A stretch of DNA of 64,000 nucleotides. It comes from a virus. Positions 9,013-19,468 of the stretch are shown here, piece after piece. A program made the translations under genes and the position numbers. Under the pieces are notes generated by a model. The model did no database searches. It saw nothing but the letters and a program-made list of their open reading frames with translations, and was not told where the DNA came from. The stretch lies in the IMG/VR virus record IMGVR_UViG_3300020198_000002, positions 52,602 to 116,601 of that record, one strand, 5' to 3'. Position 1 is the stretch's first letter. The number at the start of each line of letters is the position of its first letter.

Positions 9013-10074
9013 ATGTTATCAAATCAATATTACCACGAAATAATAAGAAAAACCATCATCGCTTTTGGTACATTATTCAATAATATTGAAATTGCATCGA
9101 AGAATGAACAGGGAGATATAATCAAACAACTGAGAGTTCCTATTGCATATGGACCTACTCAGAAATTTTTGGCTAGACTTGAAGCAAGAAATAATATAAA
9201 AGGACCTGGGCCCGCAAAAGTAGCAATTACATTACCAAGAATGTCATTCGAAATGACAGGCATTCAATATGATCCCTCAAGAAAGATAAGTACCCTACAA
9301 AGTTTTAATTCAATAACAAAAACTGGCAAACTAGTGAAAAATTTTATGCCAGTTCCATATAATATTTCAATGCAGTTGAATATCCTTACGAAGTTAAATG
9401 ATGATGCATTACAAATATTAGAACAAATACTTCCATACTTTCAGCCAAACTTTACACTAACTGTAGATTTGGTTAATACCTTAGGTGAAAAAAGAGATAT
9501 TCCAGTTACTATAGAAAACATAAGTTTTGATGATAACTACGAGGATGATTTCACAAGTAGAAGAAATTTGACTTATACTATAAACTTCCTATGTAAGACA
9601 TATCTATTTGGTCCTACAGTAAATAATTCAACTGGACTTATCAAAAAAGTTCAAATTGATTATCACGGAAATACACAAAATCTAAAAAATTCATCTAGAC
9701 AATTAAGATATACAGCTGTTCCTACTGCAGCTAAAGATTATGATTCTGATAATCAAGCTGTTCTTGCAGAACTTTTAAATGAGTCTGTTACCGAGTTTAA
9801 TGTAAGTATAACAGGAACTCTTCTTTACAATATGTTTATTCAAATTGATGATGAAGTAATGAAAATTAAAAATATAGAAGGTAATACTTTAACGGTACTT
9901 AGAGGTCAAAATGGCACAAGAATGGTTCCACATGATGTTGGAACAATAATTCATAGTCTAACGGAAGCCGATAATAATTTAATTGAGATCGATGATGATT
10001 TTGGATTCTCGGAAACTATAGAAGAATTTGGTGATGGAAGATTATATAGTACAACAAAAAGGACTGATGTATGA
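9013..10074 (+). CDS. gp15: Tail sheath stabiliser/terminator gp15
   Basis: YHEIIRKTIIAFGTLFN, VPIAYGPTQKFLARL, LPRMSFE, EQILPYFQP. Confidence 0.95.
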   Translation: MLSNQYYHEIIRKTIIAFGTLFNNIEIASKNEQGDIIKQLRVPIAYGPTQKFLARLEARNNIKGPGPAKVAITLPRMSFEMTGIQYDPSRKISTLQSFNSITKTGKLVKNFMPVPYNISMQLNILTKLNDDALQILEQILPYFQPNFTLTVDLVNTLGEKRDIPVTIENISFDDNYEDDFTSRRNLTYTINFLCKTYLFGPTVNNSTGLIKKVQIDYHGNTQNLKNSSRQLRYTAVPTAAKDYDSDNQAVLAELLNESVTEFNVSITGTLLYNMFIQIDDEVMKIKNIEGNTLTVLRGQNGTRMVPHDVGTIIHSLTEADNNLIEIDDDFGFSETIEEFGDGRLYSTTKRTDV

Positions 10075-10493
10075 ATACTGATTTTGATGAGATAAACAAA
10101 TCTTTAGATATTGAATCTACTTCAGTGTCTAAAGATATTGTGAGATCTAAAAAATCACCCATTACAAAACAAGACAAATCAGAACCAGAAGCTGATTATG
10201 AATATACAAGGGCTCAACTTTACTCGTTAATCGAAAAGGGACAGGAAGCAATCGATGGAATTTTGGAAGTTTCTCAAGCAAGTGATTCTCCACGAGCATA
10301 TGAAGTTGCAGGTCAACTAATTAAAAGTGTTGCAGACACTGCAGATAAACTAATTGATCTACAACAAAAAATGAAAGATTTAAGTAAAGATGATTCTAAA
10401 GGACCAGCAAATATAACAAATAATGCTCTATTCATTGGATCTACTCACGATTTGCAAAAATTTTTAAAGGCTCAAAACAGTGAAAAGAAATAA
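10071..10493 (+). CDS. gp16: Terminase small subunit gp16
   Basis: DYEYTRAQLYSLIEKGQEA, SPRAYEVAGQLIK, NNALFIGST. Confidence 0.93.
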   Translation: MNTDFDEINKSLDIESTSVSKDIVRSKKSPITKQDKSEPEADYEYTRAQLYSLIEKGQEAIDGILEVSQASDSPRAYEVAGQLIKSVADTADKLIDLQQKMKDLSKDDSKGPANITNNALFIGSTHDLQKFLKAQNSEKK

Positions 10494-10647
10494 TGTGAAT
10501 CCCAAAAAAGAATGGGAAAAGACTTTGGGATCAATGTTAAATAATAAAAATACTTTTGTTCCCCAAAAGTTAACAGCAAAACAACTCCAAAAAGATAGTC
10601 CATTGCGTATGATAATGTATTATCTCAATAGTAAATTGAAAAAATAA
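10480..10647 (+). CDS. Small basic hypothetical protein (55 aa)
   Basis: Read by hand: GTG start, MKRNNVNPKKEWEK...LNSKLKK; fills the gp16-gp17 gap and stops 2 nt before the gp17 ATG. Confidence 0.5.
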   Translation: MKRNNVNPKKEWEKTLGSMLNNKNTFVPQKLTAKQLQKDSPLRMIMYYLNSKLKK

Positions 10648-10649
10648 TT

Positions 10650-12302
10650 ATGGCTGATAAAAGTTTATATCTTGGTAATCCGAATCTAAAAAGAACTAAT
10701 GTTGCCATTCAATTTACCCAAGATCAGATTCAAGAATATTTGAAATGTAAAAGTGATCCAGTTTATTTTGCACAAAATTATGTAAAAATTATTAATCTCG
10801 ATCATGGATTGGTTTCATTTGACATGTATCCATTCCAAGAGAAGTTAGTAAAAAATTTCCATCATAGTAGATTTAATATATGTAAGATGCCTAGACAGTC
10901 GGGAAAATCCACGACAGTCGTTTCTTACTTATTACATTATGCTCTCTTTAATGACAGTGTAAATATTGGTATTCTTGCAAACAAGGCTCAAACTGCAAGA
11001 GAACTCTTACAGAGATTACAAACTGCATATGAGGCATTACCCGACTGGATGCAACAGGGGGTTGCTGTGTGGAATAGGGGTTCCGTAGAGTTAGAAAACA
11101 AATCCAAAATCATTGCTGCTTCCACATCAGCATCTGCTGTCCGAGGAATGTCATTCAATATCATTTTTCTAGATGAATTTGCGTTCATTCCAAATCACAT
11201 TGCTGATGATTTCTTTAGTTCAGTATACCCCACAATTTCATCTGGTACATCTACAAAAGTAATTATTGTTTCTACCCCCAAGGGTATGAATCATTTCTAT
11301 CGTTTATGGCATGATGCAGAACTTGGTAGAAATGAATATGTGACTACAGAAGTTCATTGGTCTGAGGTTCCTGGTAGAGATGAGGCGTGGAAGGAACAAA
11401 CTATTAAGAATACATCTGAGTCTCAATTTAGAGTAGAATTTGAATGCGAATTTCTAGGATCTGTTGATACTTTGATTGCGCCTTCTAAACTAAAGTCGAT
11501 GGTTTATGATGAGCCACTAGCAAAAAATAATGGAACGGAAATTTATTCTCATGCAGAAAAAAATCATAACTATGTAATCACAGTTGATGTTGCTAGAGGA
11601 GTAGAAAAAGATTACTCCGCATTTATAATATTTGATGTGACTTCATTTCCATACAAAGTTGTAGGAAAATATAAGAATAATCAGATCAAACCAATGTTAT
11701 TTCCAAGCGTAATTCATGAATTTGCTAGAGCTTACAATCAAGCTTACGTGTTATGCGAGGTTAATGATATTGGAGATCAGGTAGCTTCCATCTTACAGTT
11801 TGATTTGGAATACGAAAATCTTCTCATGTGTTCTATGAGAGGACGAGCTGGTCAAATTGTAGGAACGGGATTTTCTGGTAAGAAGACCCAATTGGGTGTA
11901 AAGATGTCCAAAACTGTCAAAAAAATTGGATCTATAAATCTAAAAACTTTAATTGAGTCTGACAAACTAATAATATGTGACTATGATATTATTGCAGAAC
12001 TTACGACCTTTGTTCAAAAAAATCAGTCTTTTGAAGCTGAGGAAGGATGTAATGATGATTTAGCAATGTGTCTAGTAATCTTTGCTTGGTTAGTTGCACA
12101 AGATTACTTCAAAGAAATGACGGAAGATGATATTCGCAAGAGGATATATGAAGAACAAAAAAATCAAATCGAACAGGATATTGCTCCATTTGGATTTTTA
12201 AGTGATGGATTGTCTGAAGAACAAAGTTTTGTTGATATTAATGGTGATCGATGGCATCTTGACGAATATGGAGACATGTCCTATATGTGGGAGTATCATT
12301 AG
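10650..12302 (+). CDS. gp17: Terminase large subunit gp17
   Basis: YLGNPNLK, MPRQSGKST Walker A, IFLDEFAF Walker B, STPKGMNHFY, DVARG, NDDL. Confidence 0.98.
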   Translation: MADKSLYLGNPNLKRTNVAIQFTQDQIQEYLKCKSDPVYFAQNYVKIINLDHGLVSFDMYPFQEKLVKNFHHSRFNICKMPRQSGKSTTVVSYLLHYALFNDSVNIGILANKAQTARELLQRLQTAYEALPDWMQQGVAVWNRGSVELENKSKIIAASTSASAVRGMSFNIIFLDEFAFIPNHIADDFFSSVYPTISSGTSTKVIIVSTPKGMNHFYRLWHDAELGRNEYVTTEVHWSEVPGRDEAWKEQTIKNTSESQFRVEFECEFLGSVDTLIAPSKLKSMVYDEPLAKNNGTEIYSHAEKNHNYVITVDVARGVEKDYSAFIIFDVTSFPYKVVGKYKNNQIKPMLFPSVIHEFARAYNQAYVLCEVNDIGDQVASILQFDLEYENLLMCSMRGRAGQIVGTGFSGKKTQLGVKMSKTVKKIGSINLKTLIESDKLIICDYDIIAELTTFVQKNQSFEAEEGCNDDLAMCLVIFAWLVAQDYFKEMTEDDIRKRIYEEQKNQIEQDIAPFGFLSDGLSEEQSFVDINGDRWHLDEYGDMSYMWEYH

Positions 12303-12317
12303 TAAGAAGTAGCAATT

Positions 12318-12325
12318 TATAAATA
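12318..12325 (+). promoter_or_regulatory. T4 late promoter TATAAATA for gp18
   Basis: Exact T4 late consensus in the intergenic gap. Confidence 0.8.
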
Positions 12326-12363
12326 AGTTTAGGGAAAAATGAACTTCTTTAAGGGGCACTCAC

Positions 12364-14775
12364 ATGGCGTTAAATTTAGTATCACCAGGCGTCAAAGTAC
12401 GAGAAGTTGACTTAACTATTGGTAGAATTGATGATATTAGTGATCAAGTAGGTGTTATTGCTGGTCCTTTTGCAAGAGGTCCAGTTAATGTACCAGTCCT
12501 GGTGGAGACTGAACAAGATTTACTCAATCGTTTCGGAAAACCATATTCAGCTGATGATCAATATGAGTATTGGTACACTGCTTCTTCCTACCTATCATAT
12601 GGCGGTGTTCTAAGAGTAATTAGATCAGATGGACCAACACTATCGAACGCTAACTCGCCCGTCGGTGTTGCAGTTACAACTTTGAAAATTGCCTCTAGTG
12701 AGGATTATATCAATAACCACACCACGGATTCTGATTGGTACTACGCAGCCAGAAATCCTGGGTCATGGGCAAATGACCTTAAAGTCTGTGTAATTGATGC
12801 CCTTGCTGACCAGAGACTTGCAATTGGAACTGATGGTCTTGTAGTTGGATGGGCAATAACTGCTGGATTTTCTACTAATTTTGCAAATTCCGATGGCACT
12901 GTTGGTGTTTCTACTGGTTTTGTTAAAGGAGTAATCACAAAAGTTAACGCTGATAGTGTAGACGTAAAGATTGTTTCTAAGTACATAAACAGGACTGCAG
13001 AGTGGGTAAGTATTAACTATGAGGAAGGCAGTGGAATTAATGCTTTCCAAGGTTATGATACTAAATTTACTATTGGTCTCGGAACAGATCTGGGAAATCA
13101 TCAAAATAGATATAGAATTTTCAATGCAAGTGGAGCAGAACAAAGAATAGAAAGATATAGATTTACTGCTACGGTTGGTGCTGGTTCAACTATAGTTGCC
13201 CTTGATAGTTTGGATGGCAGATATATTGGACCTGGTGATCAATTAAAATCACTAAATGGTACATATACTACTGAGGTCATTGGATTCTCCACAGGAACTA
13301 CGCCGGCTGTAATCGTAAATAGTGCAGCCCCAGTTGCATTTGCAAATACTAGTTTCATTGTAAAAACTGGAATTGGCTCTGGACTTCTACTTTCCAACGT
13401 AAATACAGCGGTCGATTGGTATAATCAACAAACATTGGGACTTACCAATACAACAGTATATTGGAAAAATATTGCACCAAAACCAGCGACATCTGCATAT
13501 GCATCAGAAAGAAATGGAAATCATGATGAATTCCATGTTGTAGTTGTGGATGATACTGGAAATGTAACTGGAACTTCTGGTAATATTGTCGAGAAGTGGA
13601 CTGGATTGTCCAAGGCTCGTGATGCAAAGATATCGCCATCTACTGCAGTTTACTATAAAGATTATGTTGCAAATGGCTCAAATTATATCTTTGCTGGACA
13701 CCCAGAAACTGGTGTTGGACTTAAGTTCACTAGTCTAGGTGGATATACTGTAGATTCCACTGGCGCGTGGGGTGGTCAAGCTCAAAATACAACTTTCAAT
13801 GCAATTGGTTCGAAGGTTTATACGTTAGGTAGTGGTAACGACTATACGGGGGTTAAGGAAACATTTAGTGTTGATCTTGGTGAACTTATCACTTCATACT
13901 CAGTTGTTGAGAATCCTGCAGAATATTCCATAAATTTCCTCATCCAAGGTCCATCTGGAGGGGCTTCTATATTTGAATCGCAGGCAAAGGCAATCAAGCT
14001 GATGCAAATTGCTCAGACAAGAAAAGATTGTATTGCTTGTATCTCGCCACATAAATCTGGTGTTGTTGGAGTTGTAAATTCCGATCAACAAACAAACGCA
14101 ATCATTACATTCTTTGATGCTCTGCCTTCTAATTCATACTCAGTATTTGATAGTGGATATAAGTACATGTATGATAGATTCAATAACACATTTAGATATG
14201 TTCCACTGAATGGAGATATAGCTGGATTGATGGCAAGAACGTCTATCAATGCATACCCTTGGTATTCCCCTGCAGGTTCTGGAAGGGGTGCTATTAACAA
14301 TGCAGTTAAACTTGCATATAATCCATCTCCAGCGCAGAGAGATCTCTTATATCCCAAGAGAATTAATCCAGTTATTTTCTCTCCTGGCGCAGGTGTTGTT
14401 CTATTTGGGGATAAGACCGCACTTAAAGAATCATCTGCATTCGATAGAATCAATGTTCGTCGTCTATTCCTGACTATTGAACAGACAATTGAAAGAGCAG
14501 CGAAAGCTCAACTCTTCGAATTTAATGATGTTCTTACAAGAACTAACTTCCTTAATATTGTTGAACCATATCTACGTGATGTAAAGGCTAAGAGAGGTAT
14601 TACCGATTTCATCGTTATATGCGATGAAACCAATAACACCCCAACGGTTATTGATGCTAACCAATTTAGAGCAGACATCTTCGTTAAGCCAGCAAGATCT
14701 ATTAACTTTATTGGTCTAACTTTTGTTGCTACCAGAACTGGTGTTAGCTTCGATGAAGTCATCGGTGCAGTCTAA
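12364..14775 (+). CDS. gp18: Tail sheath protein gp18
   Basis: LVSPGVKVREVDLT, WYSPAG..RG, GDKT...SAFDRINVRRLF, KPARSINFI. Confidence 0.97.
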   Translation: MALNLVSPGVKVREVDLTIGRIDDISDQVGVIAGPFARGPVNVPVLVETEQDLLNRFGKPYSADDQYEYWYTASSYLSYGGVLRVIRSDGPTLSNANSPVGVAVTTLKIASSEDYINNHTTDSDWYYAARNPGSWANDLKVCVIDALADQRLAIGTDGLVVGWAITAGFSTNFANSDGTVGVSTGFVKGVITKVNADSVDVKIVSKYINRTAEWVSINYEEGSGINAFQGYDTKFTIGLGTDLGNHQNRYRIFNASGAEQRIERYRFTATVGAGSTIVALDSLDGRYIGPGDQLKSLNGTYTTEVIGFSTGTTPAVIVNSAAPVAFANTSFIVKTGIGSGLLLSNVNTAVDWYNQQTLGLTNTTVYWKNIAPKPATSAYASERNGNHDEFHVVVVDDTGNVTGTSGNIVEKWTGLSKARDAKISPSTAVYYKDYVANGSNYIFAGHPETGVGLKFTSLGGYTVDSTGAWGGQAQNTTFNAIGSKVYTLGSGNDYTGVKETFSVDLGELITSYSVVENPAEYSINFLIQGPSGGASIFESQAKAIKLMQIAQTRKDCIACISPHKSGVVGVVNSDQQTNAIITFFDALPSNSYSVFDSGYKYMYDRFNNTFRYVPLNGDIAGLMARTSINAYPWYSPAGSGRGAINNAVKLAYNPSPAQRDLLYPKRINPVIFSPGAGVVLFGDKTALKESSAFDRINVRRLFLTIEQTIERAAKAQLFEFNDVLTRTNFLNIVEPYLRDVKAKRGITDFIVICDETNNTPTVIDANQFRADIFVKPARSINFIGLTFVATRTGVSFDEVIGAV

Positions 14776-14810
14776 TTTTACTAAATAAATAACGAAGAGG
14801 TACAACCGCT

Positions 14811-15515
14811 ATGCCTATCTCACGACAATCATTCAATCCACCAAAAATAGCTGACAGAACCATTGATGATTTCAAGGCCAAATTGATTGGTGGTGCCGCA
14901 AGACCAAATTTATTTGAAGTTGAACTCAAGTTTCCATCATTTGTTCAAGGTGGAGCTGATGCAGCCATGTTGGACAAATCAAGATTTTTAATAAAATCTG
15001 CAAATTTACCAGCATCAAATATTAATGTTATTGAAGTTCCCTTCAGAGGAAGAAATTTAAAAATTGCTGGAGATAGAACATTTGATATTTGGACAATTAC
15101 TGTTATCAATGACACCGACTTTTCGATCAGAAATGCTTTTGAAAGATGGATGAATGGCATTAACAAACATGATAATGCAACTGGATTTATCAATCCAAGT
15201 CAATATCAATGTGATGCGGTAATTTACCAACTTGGCAGAAATACTAATGCCTCTGCTGCACAGGCTCAACCTGCGGCTGCAGCTCCAATTGCATCCGCTA
15301 GTAACTATCCAGTTCTCAAAAAATATCTTTTCCATGGTGTTTTTCCAACTAATGTTGGAGCAATCGAAATGTCATACGATTCAAGTGATACAATTGAAGA
15401 ATTTACGGTAGATCTTCAAGTTCAGTGGTGGGATGCCCTAGACGAAACAAATAATACCATTCTTTACTCTGAAGAAGAACCCGTAGGAAGAACAGACTCA
15501 CAGCCTTCCTCCTAA
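14811..15515 (+). CDS. gp19: Tail tube protein gp19
   Basis: GAARPNLFEV, FRGRNLKIAGDRTF..WT.TV.ND, IEEFTVDLQVQWW; ATAAATA at 14785. Confidence 0.96.
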   Translation: MPISRQSFNPPKIADRTIDDFKAKLIGGAARPNLFEVELKFPSFVQGGADAAMLDKSRFLIKSANLPASNINVIEVPFRGRNLKIAGDRTFDIWTITVINDTDFSIRNAFERWMNGINKHDNATGFINPSQYQCDAVIYQLGRNTNASAAQAQPAAAAPIASASNYPVLKKYLFHGVFPTNVGAIEMSYDSSDTIEEFTVDLQVQWWDALDETNNTILYSEEEPVGRTDSQPSS

Positions 15516-15570
15516 AAGAACTTGATTCAAATTGGAATAAATAGTCAAGTATAAGTTAATAACTTGAATA

Positions 15571-17247
15571 ATGGCTTCTAAATTATTTGGTTTCAAAATA
15601 TCAGGAGAATCTGAAGATAAAAAAGGTATTGTCTCTCCAGTACCACAGAACGATGAAGATTCTTCTGATTATTTTGTTTCTAGTGGGTTCTACGGTCAGT
15701 ATGTAGACATTGATGGTGTATATAAATCAGAGGCTGATTTAATAAGAAGATATCGAGAAATGGCACTTCATCCTGAAGTAGATAGTGCTATTGAAGATAT
15801 TATAAACGAAGCAATTGTTTCGGATCAGAACGACTCTCCTGTCCAAGTTGATTTGGAAAACGTTCCTGCATCTGAGAAATTAAAAGATCTGATAAGAGAA
15901 GAGTTTAAAACAATTAAAGAACTTTTAGACTTTGACAAAAAATGTCATGAAATTTTGAGAAATTGGTACGTTGATGGTAGATTATTCTACCATAAAGTTA
16001 TTGACATAAAAAATCCTTCAGATGGAATAAAAGAAGTTAGATATATTGACCCACTTAAAATTAAATATATTAGACAAATTAAAAATCCACCTAACGCAAT
16101 TACGGTAGGATCAAAAGATACATTGCTCACTAATAATCCAGACATAGAAGAGTATTACTTATACGATCCACAGGCAAACTCAGTTAAAGATACATTGGGA
16201 ACTTTAGGTGCATCGTCATTTAAAGATCAACTACAGAAAGTAAAAATAGCTCCCGACTCAATTACATTTTGTCATTCTGGATTAGTAGATAGAAATAAAC
16301 AGACCATTCTTTCATATCTACACAAAGCAATTAAATCACTCAACCAACTTCGCATGATTGAAGATGCGTTGGTTATCTATCGCTTGTCACGAGCACCAGA
16401 AAGAAGAATTTTCTACATCGATGTAGGCAATCTCCCTAAAGTAAAAGCAGAACAATATCTGCGTGACGTAATGACCAGGTATAGAAATAAACTTGTATAC
16501 AATGCTAACACTGGTGAAATTCGTGATGACAAAAAATACATGTCAATGCTTGAAGACTTCTGGCTTCCAAGACGTGAGGGAGGCCGAGGTACAGAAATTA
16601 CAACACTTCCTGGTGGTCAGAATCTAGGCGAACTTTCAGATATTGAATATTTCCAAAAGAAACTTTATAGATCTTTGGGAATTCCAGAATCACGTATTGC
16701 TGGTTCAGGAGAAGGATTTAATCTTGGAAGATCATCGGAAATCCTTAGGGATGAATTGAAGTTCACTAAGTTTGTTGGTCGTCTCAGAAAAAGATTCTCA
16801 AACATATTTAATGATATGTTAAGAACTCAATTAATTTTAAAAAACATTGTAACTCCTGAAGATTGGGACACTCTTAGTGATCACATTCAATACGATTTCA
16901 TTTATGACAATCATTTTGCAGAATTAAAAGATACTGAACTAATGACCGAAAGACTCAATATTGTCGCAGCAATTGAACCATATTTGGGTAAATATTTTTC
17001 TGTTGATTATGTTAAGAGACGTGTTCTAAAACAGAAAGATTCGGAAATTGTTGAGTTAAAGAAACAAATGGATAAGGAAATAAAAGATGGTGTCATTATG
17101 GATCCCGCTCAGGTTCAACAAATGCAAATGGGAATTCCACCTGAAGGATCAGGAGCTGCTGAAATGGACATGGGACAACCAATTGTTGAACCAGATGTTA
17201 CGAAAAATTCTCAAGTAACTCAACTCCCCAACGGTGGGGAAATATAA
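15571..17247 (+). CDS. gp20: Portal protein gp20
   Basis: YLHKAIK..NQLRMIEDALVIYRLSRAPERRIFYIDVGNLPK, EDFWLPRREGGRGTEITTLPGGQNLG; ATAAATA at 15537. Confidence 0.98.
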   Translation: MASKLFGFKISGESEDKKGIVSPVPQNDEDSSDYFVSSGFYGQYVDIDGVYKSEADLIRRYREMALHPEVDSAIEDIINEAIVSDQNDSPVQVDLENVPASEKLKDLIREEFKTIKELLDFDKKCHEILRNWYVDGRLFYHKVIDIKNPSDGIKEVRYIDPLKIKYIRQIKNPPNAITVGSKDTLLTNNPDIEEYYLYDPQANSVKDTLGTLGASSFKDQLQKVKIAPDSITFCHSGLVDRNKQTILSYLHKAIKSLNQLRMIEDALVIYRLSRAPERRIFYIDVGNLPKVKAEQYLRDVMTRYRNKLVYNANTGEIRDDKKYMSMLEDFWLPRREGGRGTEITTLPGGQNLGELSDIEYFQKKLYRSLGIPESRIAGSGEGFNLGRSSEILRDELKFTKFVGRLRKRFSNIFNDMLRTQLILKNIVTPEDWDTLSDHIQYDFIYDNHFAELKDTELMTERLNIVAAIEPYLGKYFSVDYVKRRVLKQKDSEIVELKKQMDKEIKDGVIMDPAQVQQMQMGIPPEGSGAAEMDMGQPIVEPDVTKNSQVTQLPNGGEI

Positions 17248-17250
17248 ATA
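17243..17250 (+). promoter_or_regulatory. T4 late promoter TATAAATA
   Basis: Exact consensus overlapping the gp20 stop. Confidence 0.8.
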
Positions 17251-17274
17251 TCTTTAGTTGAATAAAATAAATTT

Positions 17275-17556
17275 ATGGAAGACACTGATTTGATTGACAT
17301 GATCGTAAGTGATGGTTCACCATCCGAGATTCATGCAAAAATTAAAGAATTAATTAATCAAAAAGTCGTACAGAACGTTGATGATGTAACTCCATATGTT
17401 GCAGCATCTATGTTTGGAGCAGAAGCTCCAGTGGATTCCGAGGAAGAATCCGAGGAAGAATCCGAGGAAGAATCTGAAGAAGGATCCGAACAAGAATATG
17501 ATAATGAAGAGAGTGAAGAAGATTCTGAGGAAAATTCTGAAGAAGAATCCGAATAA
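17275..17556 (+). CDS. Small acidic prohead core protein (gp67-position)
   Basis: Between gp20 and gp21; Glu/Ser-rich C-terminal tail. Confidence 0.7.
   Translation: MEDTDLIDMIVSDGSPSEIHAKIKELINQKVVQNVDDVTPYVAASMFGAEAPVDSEEESEEESEEESEEGSEQEYDNEESEEDSEENSEEESE
17437..17472 (+). repeat. 12-bp tandem repeat (TCCGAGGAAGAA)x3 encoding SEEE
   Basis: Three exact copies, then degenerate copies to about 17553. Confidence 0.9.
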
Positions 17557-17578
17557 ACTTAACCCCCCTGCATGTAAA

Positions 17579-18289
17579 ATGAAACTCATTACCGAAGAAA
17601 TAGAATCAGCCAAATTTATTATTGAAGAAAATGAAGGAAAAAAATCGATGTTTATCGAAGGCATTTTTCTTCAGGGAAATATGAAAAATCGTAATAATCG
17701 TATGTATCCAGTAGAAGTTCTTGAAAAAGAAGTCATACGTTACTGCGAATCTTTTGTTGCAAAAGGCAGGGCACTAGGAGAACTTGGTCATCCAGATGGT
17801 CCAACAGTAAATCTGGATCGTGTTTCCCATAAAATTGTTTCCCTTCACAAAGAAGGTTGCAATTTTATTGGTAAAGCAAAACTTCTTGATACTCCAATGG
17901 GCAACATTGCAAAAAATTTAATTGATGAGGGGGTAACTCTTGGTGTTTCTTCTAGGGGTATTGGTAGTTTAAGAGAAACAAGCGAAGGATATAAAGTAGT
18001 GGGCGAAGATTTTATGCTGGCCACTGCTGCTGATATTGTCGCTGATCCTTCGGCACCTGATGCATTTGTTAACGGAATTATGGAGGGGGTTGAATGGATT
18101 TGGGAAAGCGGGGTCCTAAAAGCCAAACAACCAGAGATCCAAATCCCCGTTGCAGTTATAGAAAAAACTGAATTAAAAGTTGAAGAAAAGATTGAAAAAA
18201 CTAAAAAAACTATAAATAAGTTAGTCGAACAAAAGAGACTTGATGAAATGAAACTGGAGTTATTCCAGAACTTTTTATCAAATCTCTAA
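17579..18289 (+). CDS. gp21: Prohead protease gp21
   Basis: MKLITEE, NRNNRMYP, ALGELGHPDGP, GVSSRGIGS, DIVADPSAPDAFV; ATG 17579. Confidence 0.97.
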   Translation: MKLITEEIESAKFIIEENEGKKSMFIEGIFLQGNMKNRNNRMYPVEVLEKEVIRYCESFVAKGRALGELGHPDGPTVNLDRVSHKIVSLHKEGCNFIGKAKLLDTPMGNIAKNLIDEGVTLGVSSRGIGSLRETSEGYKVVGEDFMLATAADIVADPSAPDAFVNGIMEGVEWIWESGVLKAKQPEIQIPVAVIEKTELKVEEKIEKTKKTINKLVEQKRLDEMKLELFQNFLSNL

Positions 18290-18346
18290 TTTTGATAAAT
18301 AAATACAGAATACGATATCAACATCGATAGTAGACGGAGAGTTCAA

Positions 18347-19429
18347 ATGTCTCGTGGAGATTTACAAGAAATGGAAGTAGGCACAAAGCAATCCAAAACC
18401 GCTGTAAACAGTGGTGCCGCAGGTGGAGATCCCATGCCAAAGGCTCCAAATTATGTCCCCGATGCAGGGGCTATTGAAGATTTGGGAGGACCTTCACCAG
18501 AAAATTCCAAGCCCGATGATGATTCTAACAAGCTTAAGACCCCTGAGAAAACCATTCAACATGTAAAGAATGTGGTAAACAAGGGTGCTAAGCCTGCAGA
18601 ACCAATGCCAGTTGCAAACAAAGGTGCCATGTCCTACGAAGAAAACGAATCTGAGGTTGAAGAAACAATTTCAGAAGATGAGACAACAGAACTAGATATC
18701 GATTCTGCAATCAACGAAGATGTTGACGCTCTACTAAGCGGCGAAGAGCTTTCCGAAGACTTCAGAAACAAAGCAAAAATTGTTTTCGAAGCAGCTCTTA
18801 ACGCAAAAGTAAATCAAGTTGAAAAAGAACTTGAAGAACAGTATGCCGTTGCTCTTTCAGAAGAAATCGATTCGATCAAAATCGAATTGACTGAAAGAAC
18901 AGATTCATACTTAGAGTACGTCGCTCAGGAATGGTTAGAAGAGAATGCACTTGCTGTTGAGCATGGCATTAAAACTCAGATGACCGAATCGTTCCTAGTG
19001 GGACTAAAAGAGCTTTTTGAAGCACATTATGTATCACTCCCTGAAGATAGATATGATGTACTTGAGAGTATGGTAGACAAACTTGATGAGATGGAAACAA
19101 AACTCAACGAGCAAATCGAAAGAAACATTGCTCTAAATAACAGACTGTCAGAGACGGTTGCTGAAACCATCATGAATAATGTTGCGGAAGGATTAGCTGT
19201 TTCTCAGAAAGAGAAACTCTTCTCCTTGGCAGAGAGTGTTGAGTTTGAAAGTGAAGAAGGCTATCGTGAGAAACTGGAAACTTTAAAGGAAGCATATTTT
19301 CCAACTAAGTTTAGTTCTCCGAAGGAGACGGTTGCACAAGAACTAAGAGAAGAATCTGACTACACTGAAGTTACATCTTCAATGTCAGCTTATCTCCAAG
19401 CTCTTTCAATCCAAGCTCCAAGGCAGTGA
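18347..19429 (+). CDS. gp22: Prohead core scaffold gp22
   Basis: LSEDFRNKAKIVFEAA, YLEYVAQEWLEEN..A; TATAAATA at 18211 and ATAAATA at 18295. Confidence 0.95.
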   Translation: MSRGDLQEMEVGTKQSKTAVNSGAAGGDPMPKAPNYVPDAGAIEDLGGPSPENSKPDDDSNKLKTPEKTIQHVKNVVNKGAKPAEPMPVANKGAMSYEENESEVEETISEDETTELDIDSAINEDVDALLSGEELSEDFRNKAKIVFEAALNAKVNQVEKELEEQYAVALSEEIDSIKIELTERTDSYLEYVAQEWLEENALAVEHGIKTQMTESFLVGLKELFEAHYVSLPEDRYDVLESMVDKLDEMETKLNEQIERNIALNNRLSETVAETIMNNVAEGLAVSQKEKLFSLAESVEFESEEGYREKLETLKEAYFPTKFSSPKETVAQELREESDYTEVTSSMSAYLQALSIQAPRQ

Positions 19430-19468
19430 TTAAAAACAAACACACCAACACCCTAAGGTAATCCAACA

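Noticed and set aside
17396-17578. Long N-terminal extension of gp21 (PRKN repeats) in the ORF track
   Set aside because: Out-of-frame read of the acidic gene; gp21 homology starts at MKLITEE (17579)
17350-17664. Phe-rich minus-strand ORF with FFLG repeats
   Set aside because: It is the reverse complement of the SEEE repeat
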